Assembly: GCF_006345805.1 (NCBI RefSeq)
Contig: NW_021836924.1
Span: forward strand, 1-64,000
Reading direction: 5' to 3'
From: Octopus sinensis
Taxonomy: Eukaryota
DNA length: 64,000 nt
The notes under the pieces are model-generated. The model ran no database searches, had not been told where the DNA came from, and saw only the letters and a program-made list of their open reading frames with translations. The stretch's first letter is position 1, and each line of letters starts with the position of its first letter. The position numbers and the translations under genes were made by a program. Below, piece after piece: positions 63,823 to 64,000 of the stretch.

Positions 63823-64000
63823 TATTTGTATCGGAGACCGAGAACACCGCTCTAAGAGACGGTGAGGCAGTGACAGGAGCAAAACTCAAATAAGAAAAGT
63901 CAATGGGTCTGCATCTAGACAGGTAGAAAGGCAGACTCATGCCATCCAACATCGTGAGGTGTTGGACAGACAGACCATTTAAATTGCGCGGAGTCTAGTT
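63823..64000 (+). repeat. Exact copy of 44442-44619 (runs off window edge)
   Basis: 178 bases read as identical base by base. Confidence 0.92.

Overview
AT-rich, microsatellite- and SINE-dense eukaryotic DNA whose repeat families look like those of an octopus (coleoid cephalopod); the taxon is inferred, not proven. Two protein-coding genes can be reconstructed. (1) A six-exon minus-strand gene (37703 to 13984, 390 aa, all splice phases consistent) encodes a secreted chitin-binding (CBM14/peritrophin-A-like) domain fused to an S1A serine protease, with an intact catalytic triad but an unusual activation site (H-IVPA) and S1 pocket. (2) An intronless SAMHD1-like HD-domain dNTPase (53715 to 52048) lacks the SAM domain and C-terminal tail, has substitutions at allosteric-site residues and carries a ~175-aa tandem-repeat insertion. 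A 178-bp perfectly identical sequence recurring 19.4 kb apart brackets it, suggesting a recent tandem duplication unit. The rest is transposon debris (Tc1, mariner, Tigger/pogo, Helitrons, Penelope, RTE, CR1, Tx1/L1, R4/Dong-like, four tRNA-derived SINE families) and fold-back elements. Several Penelope-type minimal hammerhead-ribozyme motifs with non-canonical cores are also present, including a U3-A8 compensatory variant. Most listed ORFs are microsatellite artefacts.
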